Source of the DNA: an uncultured cyanobacterium
Lineage (GTDB): Bacteria > Cyanobacteriota > Cyanobacteriia > Cyanobacteriales > Cyanobacteriaceae
Length of the DNA: 64,000 nucleotides
Assembly: GCA_963749915.1 (NCBI GenBank)
Contig: CAVVOP010000022.1
Coordinates: forward strand, 384,001 to 448,000
Reading direction: 5' to 3'
Positions 10,398-19,339 of the stretch are shown piece by piece. Every line of letters starts with the position of its first letter. The first letter of the stretch is position 1. The notes below the pieces were generated by a model. It made no database searches and had not been told where the DNA came from. It saw nothing but the letters and a program-made list of their open reading frames with translations. Made by a program: the position numbers and the translations under genes.

Positions 10398-13300
10398 CTA
10401 TTCCGTGTAAGTCCCGGTCAAGAACGCCTCAATACCAGCAAAATTAACAGGAAGACCTGTCACCGTTGTCAAGTCAAGGTCCAGTGCTCCGTCAGTCACA
10501 GTAACACCTTTTAATGTAGCTGTTACCGCCGTTCCAGGTGCCGCACCAGCACCCAACGCCACAGACATGTGGAAGTCATCTAACCGTAGCTGATCCTCAG
10601 CAACCACATCAAAAACATGGCTACCAACGGTGGCATTTTTGTTGGGTTCCATCATGTGGAGAACCACATCATAGTTGCCATTGGCTAGGGGAATGTCGTA
10701 GGAAATATTTGTGCCATAACGCTTAGCGTAGAAGAGCTCATCATTATCTGTATTGCCAATCTCCTGAACAGCGTAATGAGTGCTGCCACCTTGGAATCCA
10801 TAATCTGCAGACCACTGGTTACCGTAGATGTCGGTAAAACTATCGCCGCCAACATTAATCCGAATGAGGGAATCCCCGGTTGCTGGTGCAGGATTCATTA
10901 GTACATCTACTGCGTTATTTAAACTATTTTCATCCGCGGATATGTTCTCTGCAAATCCATTGGGAGCCAGATTCTCCGCCCCGTTGGAGTCTAGGGAGTA
11001 GATATAAGCAGAACCGCTATTGTCACCATTGTCATCATCACGGAAGGCTCCAACGACAAGATTACTGCCGTCAGTGGAAATTGAATAGCCAAACCAATCA
11101 AGCTCAGCGGCATCAGGGGCCGTGATTTTTTTGGTCTGTATCCAGCTATTGTCATCTTGTTGATGGAAGATGTAGGCAGAACCACTGTCAATGCCACCAT
11201 CATCGTCATTGTAAGCACCAATAGCTAGGGTATTGCCTTTGAGAAAAAGGGAATAACCAAAGCGATCGCCTGCTGTTGCGTCTGCTGCGGTGAGTTTAGC
11301 TGTTTGTGTCCAACTTCCATCCCCCTGACGATTAAAGATGTAAGCCGCACCACTATCTTCACCGGTTTCGTCATTATGTTTAGCTCCCACAACAAGAATA
11401 TTACCATCAATGGAAACATTACGACCAAATTCGTCCCCGTCGGCCCCATCTGCTGGGGTAAGTTTAGCTGTCTCTAACCAATTACCATCCTCTTGGCGGG
11501 TGAAAATGTAAACAGAACCAGTACCATTGCCGTAGGCCCCCACCACAGCAGTATCCTCATTAATGCTAATAGAACGGCGACCCATGAAATCACGGCTAGC
11601 AGCACCAGAGCCGACCAGCTTGGCGGTTTCTGTCCAACTGCCATCCCCTTGACGGGTGAAGATGTAGGCAGAACCAGTATCTACTTTACCCCCATTATCA
11701 TCCCCAAAAGCTCCAATCAGTGCGGTATCGCCATCAATGGAGACAGAGTTACCAAATTCGTCCCCTTTTGCCCCATCAGCAGGGGTCAACATTGCTTTTT
11801 GTACCCAGCTATTGTCTGCTTGCCGAGTAAAGATATAGGCGGAACCTGAGTTATAACCAGGGGCACCGATGATCGCGGTATTACCATCAAGAGCAACATT
11901 ACGACCAAAGTCATCTCTCCCAGCCTTAAGTTTAGCTGTTTCTACCCAACTACCATCAGCCCCTTGTGAAAAAATATAGGCAGACCCAGCTCCATCTCGA
12001 AAAGAACCGATAATCGCGGTGTTTCCCTCTATATAGACAGAACTGCCAAACCAATCATTAGCACTCCCATCGGAGGCAGTAACTTTGGTGACCGTTGGGG
12101 GATTAATGTTAACAGCTAAAACATTTACGGTTACCATGGCGGAAGAACTATCACCATCAATATCGGTAATGGTGTAGTTAAAGGTATCAGTACCATCGAA
12201 ATCTGTGGCGGGGGTGTAGAGAATTTGGTTATTATCTACGGTGACAGTACCGCCGTTAGCACTGGTAGCATCTGCGGTTAAGGAGGCTAATCCATTGCCA
12301 AAGCTGGTATCATTAGCTAGGACATCAATAGTATTACTGCTGCTATTTTCATTGACTGTCCTACTATCTGCCACGGCGGAGGGGAACAAATCCACCGGGG
12401 TAATTGAGTTAACGGTGACGGTTACCATGGCGGAAGAACTATCACCATCAATATCGGTAATGGTGTAGTTAAAGGTATCAGTACCATCGAAATCTGTGGC
12501 GGGGGTGTAGAGAATTTGGTTATTATCTACGGTGACAGTACCGCCGTTAGCACTGGTAGCATCTGCGGTTAAGGAGGCTAATCCATTGCCAAAGCTGGTA
12601 TCATTAGCTAGGACATCAATAGTATTACTGCTGCTATTTTCATTGACTGTCCTACTATCTGCCACGGCGGAGGGGAACAAATCCACCGGGCTAATTGAGT
12701 TAACGGTGACGGTTACCATGGCGGAAGAACTATCACCATCAATATCGGTAATGGTGTAGTTAAAGGTATCAGTACCATCGAAATCTGTGGCGGGGGTGTA
12801 GAGAATTTGGTTATTATCTACGATGACAGTACCACCGTTAGCACTGGTAGCATCTGCGGTTAAGGAGGCTAATCCATTGCCAAAGCTGGTATCGTTAGCT
12901 AGGACGTCAATAGTATTACTGCTGCTATTTTCATTGACTGTCCTACTATCTGCCATCGCACTAGGTAGTAAATCAACGGGGGTACCGCTAGATGGGAGAA
13001 TTTCAATTCCGGCAATGTTGGGAGGGGTACCAGTTACCGTGGAGAAGTCTAAATTCAAAATGCCATCAATCACAGAAACATTGGCAATGGTTGCTGTCAG
13101 TGCTGTAAGGGGTGCCGCCCCAGATCCCAATGCTAGGAACATGTCGAAGTCGTCTAGCCGTACTGTTCCCTCTGCAGATACATCAAAAACACGGCTACCT
13201 ATCCGGGCATTTTTGTTGGGTTCCATCATGTAGAGAACCACATCATAAGTACCATTATCCAGGGCAATGTTGTAGGAAAAATCATCTCCATAACGCTTGC

Positions 13301-13442
13301 CGTAAAATAGCTGATCGTTATCAGTACCGGCAATCTCCAAAGCTTTATAATGGGTTGAACCACCCTGGAAGCCATAGTCAGCAGACCAAACATTGCCATA
13401 AATATCGGTAAAGCCGTTACCGCCAACGTCAATTCTAATCAT
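10398..13442 (-). CDS. Malectin, 3x Ig/cadherin-like, FG-GAP beta-propeller, malectin protein
   Basis: AGAGGA RBS-like site before ATG; malectin at both ends; three 97-aa repeats; about seven FG.SV.I.G.T..IGA...GSAYIF repeats. Confidence 0.85.
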   Translation of the reverse strand: MIRIDVGGNGFTDIYGNVWSADYGFQGGSTHYKALEIAGTDNDQLFYGKRYGDDFSYNIALDNGTYDVVLYMMEPNKNARIGSRVFDVSAEGTVRLDDFDMFLALGSGAAPLTALTATIANVSVIDGILNLDFSTVTGTPPNIAGIEILPSSGTPVDLLPSAMADSRTVNENSSSNTIDVLANDTSFGNGLASLTADATSANGGTVIVDNNQILYTPATDFDGTDTFNYTITDIDGDSSSAMVTVTVNSISPVDLFPSAVADSRTVNENSSSNTIDVLANDTSFGNGLASLTADATSANGGTVTVDNNQILYTPATDFDGTDTFNYTITDIDGDSSSAMVTVTVNSITPVDLFPSAVADSRTVNENSSSNTIDVLANDTSFGNGLASLTADATSANGGTVTVDNNQILYTPATDFDGTDTFNYTITDIDGDSSSAMVTVNVLAVNINPPTVTKVTASDGSANDWFGSSVYIEGNTAIIGSFRDGAGSAYIFSQGADGSWVETAKLKAGRDDFGRNVALDGNTAIIGAPGYNSGSAYIFTRQADNSWVQKAMLTPADGAKGDEFGNSVSIDGDTALIGAFGDDNGGKVDTGSAYIFTRQGDGSWTETAKLVGSGAASRDFMGRRSISINEDTAVVGAYGNGTGSVYIFTRQEDGNWLETAKLTPADGADGDEFGRNVSIDGNILVVGAKHNDETGEDSGAAYIFNRQGDGSWTQTAKLTAADATAGDRFGYSLFLKGNTLAIGAYNDDDGGIDSGSAYIFHQQDDNSWIQTKKITAPDAAELDWFGYSISTDGSNLVVGAFRDDDNGDNSGSAYIYSLDSNGAENLAPNGFAENISADENSLNNAVDVLMNPAPATGDSLIRINVGGDSFTDIYGNQWSADYGFQGGSTHYAVQEIGNTDNDELFYAKRYGTNISYDIPLANGNYDVVLHMMEPNKNATVGSHVFDVVAEDQLRLDDFHMSVALGAGAAPGTAVTATLKGVTVTDGALDLDLTTVTGLPVNFAGIEAFLTGTYTE
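12127..12954. repeat. Intragenic tandem repeat, 291-bp unit, ~2.85 copies
   Basis: ACGGTTACCATGGCGGAAGAAC recurs at 12127, 12418 and 12709; units nearly identical. Confidence 0.95.
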
Positions 13443-13568
13443 ATGAAATCAATCCTCTTAATTAATAATTATTGATAAATTTGGGAGATGGACATTTTAC
13501 TTTCTTAATCCTGAACATTGGGGCCAAGCTAAGGGCAATGCCTCACAATACTGCGAGGGATAGCGGTC

Positions 13569-13769
13569 AAACTTTATGAGATGAGAAGTGTGGGGAGTGT
13601 GGCTCACAGGTGTCGGTTTTTTACAAAAACATTCTGATGAGGGTGAAGACTTGCGAGGACAAGGGTGGAAAGTGGACAAGGAAGAGGGGAATCGTTTAAG
13701 GAACACTTTGTTACAAATAATACATAAATAGCTGAAAAGACCCTTTTTCGTTTGTACTATCTCCCTTGT
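13569..13769 (-). repeat. ~200-bp dispersed repeat, inverted relative to 20946-21146
   Basis: Reverse complement matches 20946-21146 with few mismatches; partial relatives at 13800-13900 and ~33716-33810. Confidence 0.9.
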
Positions 13770-13903
13770 CTGCTGTCCTTCGTTCCTTCCTTGTCTTGTC
13801 TCAACCCAAATGTAAAAAACCTACCCTTGTCAGGGGCACTGTGGGAAGTATGGGATTTTTCTTCCCCATCTTCCCCCTCTTCCAAGTCTCACCTTCGCCC
13901 AAA

Positions 13904-16900
13904 TCAGACGGAAAAGGCAAAAATCTCAATCCCAGAGATGTGGGGAGGACGACCGGCAACGGTGGCAAAATCCAAGTCGAGGTTGCCATCGACTACAGAA
14001 ACATCCGTGATTACTCCCGTCACCGCTGTTCTTGGAGCCGCATTGGTACCCAGTGCCACATACATGTCAAAATTATCCAACCCCAAAGCACCCTCAGCGG
14101 ACACATCAAAGACACGGCTACCAACTGTGGCATCATCTCTCGGCTCTGCCATATAGATAAATACATTGTAATTACCATTAGCCAGGGTAATGTTGTAGCC
14201 AAAATTGTCCCCATAACGTTTGCCGTTAAAGAGCTGATCATTATCAGTCCCCGCAATGGGTTGTGCACGGTAGCTGGTACTTCCTCCTTGGAAGCCATAG
14301 TCAGCAGACCAGACATTGCCATAAATGTCGGTAAAGCCGTTACCACCAACGTCAATGCGAATTAAACTATCCCCAGTGGGGGCAGCCGGATTGACTGTGA
14401 CGCTCACCTGGGCAGAAGCAGTATCTCCGTCGGTATCGGTAATGGTGTAGTTGAAGGTATCAGTACCATCGAAGTTAGCAGGAGGAGTATAGAGAACTCG
14501 GTCATCAGTGGGGTTAGCGTTGCCCTGGTCATCCACCGTGATGGTGCCGCCATTGGCACTAGTAGTAGTATTTAGCGTTAAGGAAGCTAGACCATCGCCA
14601 AAACTGCTGTCATTGGTTAGCACATCTACTATATTGTTAGTACTATTAGCATTTACCGTGGTGGTGTCAGCAGTAGCCTCAGGGAAGAGATCAGAAGGGG
14701 TTCCGGTTCCATCAGCCAAGAAAATCTCAATGCCGGCGATGTTAGCAGGACGACCGGCAACGGTGGCAAAATCCAAGTCGAGGTTGCCATCGACCACAGA
14801 AACATCCGTGATTACTCCCGTCACCGCTGTTCTTGGAGCCGCATTGGCACCTAGAGCCACATACATGTCAAAATTATCCAACCCCAAAGCACCCTCAGCG
14901 GACACATCAAAGACACGGCTGCCGACTGTGGCATCATCTCTCGGCTCCGTCATATGAATGACTACATCATAGTTGCCATCGGCTAAGGGAATGTCGTAAG
15001 AGAAGTTGTTCCCATAACGCTTGCCGTAATAAATCTCATCGTTATTAGTACCAGCAATGGGTCCTGCAAGGTAGCTGATACTTCCTCCTTGGAAGCCATA
15101 GTCAGCAGACCAGACATTACCATCAATATCAGTAAAGCCGCCACCGCCAACTTCAATGCGAGCGATCGCATCCCCCGCCGTAGGAGTCTTAACGATCACG
15201 CTCACCTGAGCAGAATCACTATCTCCGTCGGTATCCGTAATGGTGTAGTTGAAGATATCGGTGCCAGTGAAATTGGCGGGGGGAGTATAGAGAACTCGGT
15301 CATCAGTTTTCTCAGCCGTACCCCGGTCATCCACGGTGATGCTGCCATTGGTACTGGTGGTATTTAGGGTAAAGGAGGCTAGACCATTGCCAAAACTACT
15401 GTCATTGGCTAGCATCTCTACTACATTGTTACTGCTGTTGGCATTCACCGTGATAGTATCGTTAACTGCGTTGGGGAATAGGTCGGTAGGCAGATCAAGC
15501 AGAAACTGAGGAACATAAACATCAGGATAGTTAGCAGGATTAAAAATACCTAGATTGATACCTTTAGCTAAATCCCAGCGAGAATCTAGCTCTGCTACGA
15601 ATTTAACGATGTGCTTAGCGGCCGTAAAACGATCAGAAAATAGCTCTTCTAAAATTACGCCAAGAGAGCCGCTGGGCATGAGATGATAACCGACAGTTTC
15701 CAGGCGATGCTGAACAGCATCTTCCATCCAAACTAAAACATTGTTGTGATAATTGATAGGAATTGTGCCGATACTATCAGTCTTAGTTCCTTTGAGCAGG
15801 AGGACATGCCCTTCTTGCAAGGTTGGACGAACCGGATCCTCTGGAAGAGTGCCATACTTGATGTTCTTATTGTCAAGATCAATTTTTAATGAGCTGTCAT
15901 CAAATTCGATATCAAAGCGCCCAATTTGCAAATCGCTACTAGTTAAAATTTGGTCGTAGAGCGGATCATAGGTTGTGCCCATGAATTGAGGCAGTGCTGC
16001 TTGAGAAGCAGTGAAACCAGGATCAATCAGGAAATGGGCATGAGCATAGGGCAGAGGATTTTCTTCGCCATTAGCCAATGCTTCGCTAATAACAACGTAT
16101 GGATCTTTGAAGCCTTGTTGCCTAACGGTCCCAGTAGACCATTTCTTCCGTAGGTCATATTGTTGGTCAAATCCTATGACTTCTAAATTTGCCAACACTG
16201 TATCAACTTGAACCTGACGCCACAAGATACCATCATCAGTTTTTGCACTGGGATTTGTTGAGGCAATAAAGGTTGAGTCTTTAACGGTAAAACCTGGGTA
16301 GTATTGGCTACCTAAGCCAACATCACCTACTTCCCAAGCCGTAAAATCACTAATGACGCTACGCTCATCATTAGTTCGTCCGCCGCCAATACCAATCATT
16401 TCCAGGCCGCGAGTATCAGCGATGGACTGGTTGCCGACAAAAACATTAAGTCCTGGTGCAAAGGGGTGGATCCCATTGGGGCTATGGACAGATAACGGCT
16501 CTTCCAAAACTTCTGGATCAACATTGATTTGATCTGGAGCACGGAACATAAAAAAGTAACCGTCTAAACCAGAGTTGACCGAAATATTATCAATAGCATC
16601 AATGAGCTTACCTTGAAACCAAAAGCCATTGCCAAAATGCGCCATATCGTGGTTTTTCCATGACCCACGTTTTTCCAAGATCATGGTTAAGTCGGTGCTA
16701 TTATTCGTATAACGATAATCTCTGTTAGGGTCGAAGGTGGCGTCGTTATAATCAGCTCCGTAGGTATTTATGGCCATGTTACCGCTCCAAGTGCCGGTTT
16801 CGTTTCCAGTTTCAGCCATGAAGCCAGCACCTAGGACACCGTAAGTGACATTGTCAGAAAAATCAGCCCGACTATCGTGGCTAACGAAACCCCAGCCAGG

Positions 16901-18688
16901 GCCACCTGTGACCACAGAGCCTTCTATGAGGGCAGTGCTATCCATTTCTGAAGCACCGGCACGATGAAGGTGTACAGCATATCGACCCCGCATATTCGTA
17001 ATTTGGTTAGTCGGTGTTTTGACCCATTGGTCATTTTGTCTGATTCGTTCTGCATCTAGACCATCGAATCCTTTGCGTTGGAAGTCATCCAAAACGTCAT
17101 TCTTGTTAGTGCGTCCCAAATCATCAAAGGAAGCATAGCGTACTTGTACATCCTCGTTGTGCATGAACATGACATGCCCCATACTGGAGGCAATATCACC
17201 GACATCGTCAGCTTCGAGCACGCCTTCAATGGAGAGATCCGTGGCACTGTGGAACTCAATATTGCGAGTCAGGTTTGCCGCATAGGCCTTCAGATCGGAG
17301 CGAGGTGTATCGTGGTTGAAGTCAAGGGCACGGTCGAAGGTAACTGTCTTGCCGCTGATTTGAGTAACTGTACGAATTTCGTCCTGGGTACCTCGTGATT
17401 CTCCTGTTCCAGCCTCACGAGCCACGTAGCGTGTCCCCGTTATCACGATCTGGTCACCTATTTTCCAACCTGCGGGGACTTCGTCTAGCTCAATACTGCT
17501 ATCCCCGGCCATTGCAGTGGTGGCAATGGCTGATTTCGAAAGTTTTTGCTGGCCATTTATACGAGCGGCACCGTGAGTTATGACACCGATAGATAGCTGT
17601 TGAGGATCCCAGTTATATCTGCCAAGGACACCCGCACCATCGCTAACCGTCGTATAATTTGCCGAAGAGCGGGTTCCCGCTCCTGTGTCTGTGACAGTTG
17701 CACTGTCGCTGTAATAGGCGATCGCAGCCGCACTCCACCCTGAGGCCCCCCCTGCTTTATGGGCTTGAATATCAAAGGGACGGATTTCGATGTCAACCTT
17801 GCCATCAGTGGCAGCATCAGCGTCAATTCCAAGATAGCTGGTGGGGGTGGTAAATAATGTGTCGACAACGATCTTAGTATTTGCACCGTTTGTAGCAGTA
17901 AAAGTTAAGTTACCATCTACTCGTACGATAAAAAGGGGTGTGTTGGAGGACCCTTCATAGGTGACGTTGATATTCTCAGGAATATGAACGATTGCACCTG
18001 TTGTTGGAACCTGGCCACTCGCCCAAGTGCTTGAATCAAACCAGTTTCCACTAGCGATGGCAACATGAGTTGCCGTGTTCATCGGGCTTAAATTCATCAA
18101 GGCCTGATGTTCTGCGGCTTTGCCCGGATCATCTGGATGGGGATCCATATCTGCTTCTGCGGCAAAAGTTTGCCCCTCAATGACTAATTGAATGGCATCA
18201 TTTTCTTGGTGTAAAGCTTGCAACTGGGTCTGACTTAGCTCAACTCCCCGCACAATCGCTGAGAAGATAGCACCTTCATCACCCGCACTGTCTGTGTGAT
18301 TAATGCGAGCATCAATGGCATGACCTATCTCTTCCAAATATACTGCCACAACCTGTTCCCTTGGGGCAGTTTCCAGAAAGTCTCGTGACAAAAAAAGCCG
18401 ATCCAGTTCAGATATATAAGCCCCCCTTGCACCAGATAACTCTTCGGAAGTTCGGATTTCAATCTCCGGTAAGCTAGTAAAGTTGCCTTGGCCAAACTGA
18501 AGTAGCAATTGTTGTAATGCTCCGGTATTTACCTCTGTCCCAAATGCTGGTTCTAAAAGACTAGCGGCACCAGAGTCATTATTTTGGATAAAGGCTTGCA
18601 AAAAATCTTGGGAGATTCGCCGAATTTGTTGCAAATTTTCCCACAACTCGAATGGTAATAGTCCTGACTCAGTAGTATTTATGTTCAT
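13904..18688 (-). CDS. Large surface/secreted protein: EExGH domain, G8 domain, beta-helix, 2x (Ig/cadherin-like + malectin)
   Basis: YLEEIGHAID...GDEGAIFS; G8-type SGNWFDSSTWASGQVP...VHIP; GHVMFMH and GRYAVHLH motifs; two malectin domains nearly identical at DNA level. Confidence 0.85.
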   Translation of the reverse strand: MNINTTESGLLPFELWENLQQIRRISQDFLQAFIQNNDSGAASLLEPAFGTEVNTGALQQLLLQFGQGNFTSLPEIEIRTSEELSGARGAYISELDRLFLSRDFLETAPREQVVAVYLEEIGHAIDARINHTDSAGDEGAIFSAIVRGVELSQTQLQALHQENDAIQLVIEGQTFAAEADMDPHPDDPGKAAEHQALMNLSPMNTATHVAIASGNWFDSSTWASGQVPTTGAIVHIPENINVTYEGSSNTPLFIVRVDGNLTFTATNGANTKIVVDTLFTTPTSYLGIDADAATDGKVDIEIRPFDIQAHKAGGASGWSAAAIAYYSDSATVTDTGAGTRSSANYTTVSDGAGVLGRYNWDPQQLSIGVITHGAARINGQQKLSKSAIATTAMAGDSSIELDEVPAGWKIGDQIVITGTRYVAREAGTGESRGTQDEIRTVTQISGKTVTFDRALDFNHDTPRSDLKAYAANLTRNIEFHSATDLSIEGVLEADDVGDIASSMGHVMFMHNEDVQVRYASFDDLGRTNKNDVLDDFQRKGFDGLDAERIRQNDQWVKTPTNQITNMRGRYAVHLHRAGASEMDSTALIEGSVVTGGPGWGFVSHDSRADFSDNVTYGVLGAGFMAETGNETGTWSGNMAINTYGADYNDATFDPNRDYRYTNNSTDLTMILEKRGSWKNHDMAHFGNGFWFQGKLIDAIDNISVNSGLDGYFFMFRAPDQINVDPEVLEEPLSVHSPNGIHPFAPGLNVFVGNQSIADTRGLEMIGIGGGRTNDERSVISDFTAWEVGDVGLGSQYYPGFTVKDSTFIASTNPSAKTDDGILWRQVQVDTVLANLEVIGFDQQYDLRKKWSTGTVRQQGFKDPYVVISEALANGEENPLPYAHAHFLIDPGFTASQAALPQFMGTTYDPLYDQILTSSDLQIGRFDIEFDDSSLKIDLDNKNIKYGTLPEDPVRPTLQEGHVLLLKGTKTDSIGTIPINYHNNVLVWMEDAVQHRLETVGYHLMPSGSLGVILEELFSDRFTAAKHIVKFVAELDSRWDLAKGINLGIFNPANYPDVYVPQFLLDLPTDLFPNAVNDTITVNANSSNNVVEMLANDSSFGNGLASFTLNTTSTNGSITVDDRGTAEKTDDRVLYTPPANFTGTDIFNYTITDTDGDSDSAQVSVIVKTPTAGDAIARIEVGGGGFTDIDGNVWSADYGFQGGSISYLAGPIAGTNNDEIYYGKRYGNNFSYDIPLADGNYDVVIHMTEPRDDATVGSRVFDVSAEGALGLDNFDMYVALGANAAPRTAVTGVITDVSVVDGNLDLDFATVAGRPANIAGIEIFLADGTGTPSDLFPEATADTTTVNANSTNNIVDVLTNDSSFGDGLASLTLNTTTSANGGTITVDDQGNANPTDDRVLYTPPANFDGTDTFNYTITDTDGDTASAQVSVTVNPAAPTGDSLIRIDVGGNGFTDIYGNVWSADYGFQGGSTSYRAQPIAGTDNDQLFNGKRYGDNFGYNITLANGNYNVFIYMAEPRDDATVGSRVFDVSAEGALGLDNFDMYVALGTNAAPRTAVTGVITDVSVVDGNLDLDFATVAGRPPHISGIEIFAFSV

Positions 18689-18884
18689 TTCATTTAGATG
18701 CTTGCCGATCGTTAATAAATTTCAACTTGAGTCCCCGTAACTGAGACCCGTACTGGTACATAAGTCGTCAAGGGGCTTAGACATTTTTACCAGTAGGAGA
18801 TAAGCCCACCACTACGGGCTATTCCATGGCACTAGCAAAAATAAAAACTTGTTTAGTTCTACCTAAGTAATTGGTATTTCTTTC

Positions 18885-18996
18885 AGCTTAGAAGTTTTTT
18901 TTTGAAAATGACTAGTTTTTCCCGGTATTTTACAGAATCTTTAAAAATACCAAAACTTCACGAACCCTTTATATAAGGACTTTACAGAAACTTTAT
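18885..18996 (-). promoter_or_regulatory. Shared glycan-gene promoter motif, copy 2 (upstream of G8-malectin gene)
   Basis: Minus strand repeats ATAAAGTTTCTGTAAA (18996), ATAAAGGGTTCGTGAA (18972), TTAAAGATTCTGTAAA (18944); TAAGCT -10-like at 18890-18885. Confidence 0.65.
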
Positions 18997-19339
18997 AATT
19001 AGAAGTATTTTATACTTTAAACGTAGAGAAAGTACATAAATACTTCTGCATTAAACCCTATATTTCCAAGAAAACACCCTCTTTTGACGGGGTAAACACT
19101 TAACTAGAATTATTTAAATAAAATTACTTACTTATTGTTCGCTTAATTTTAAACAAGAAAAACTACCATCAGGCTAAAAGCTTTATTTCACAAAGTTTTC
19201 CAGAAAAATAGTGATTAGGTTTTAAAATGTGGCGATCTCGAAGAGGTCGGCGAAGCCGTGCCTTCAGCTGATCGCCTACAAAAATCTCCAAATCCTTATA
19301 CTTTCCTTGTCAGTGCGATCCCAGGAAGCGCACCACTCT

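Noticed and set aside
13709..13724. NtcA-like site TGTTACAAATAATACA in the dispersed repeat
   Set aside because: Imperfect match inside an AT-rich repeat; no supporting promoter context established
13443..13903. G8 gene and FG-GAP gene as one giant gene split by an insertion
   Set aside because: The upstream gene ends after a complete malectin and the downstream ATG has its own AGAGGA site; no matching target duplication seen
12241..14957. Plus-strand ORFs antisense to the malectin genes
   Set aside because: Shadow frames of repetitive coding sequence with no independent motifs
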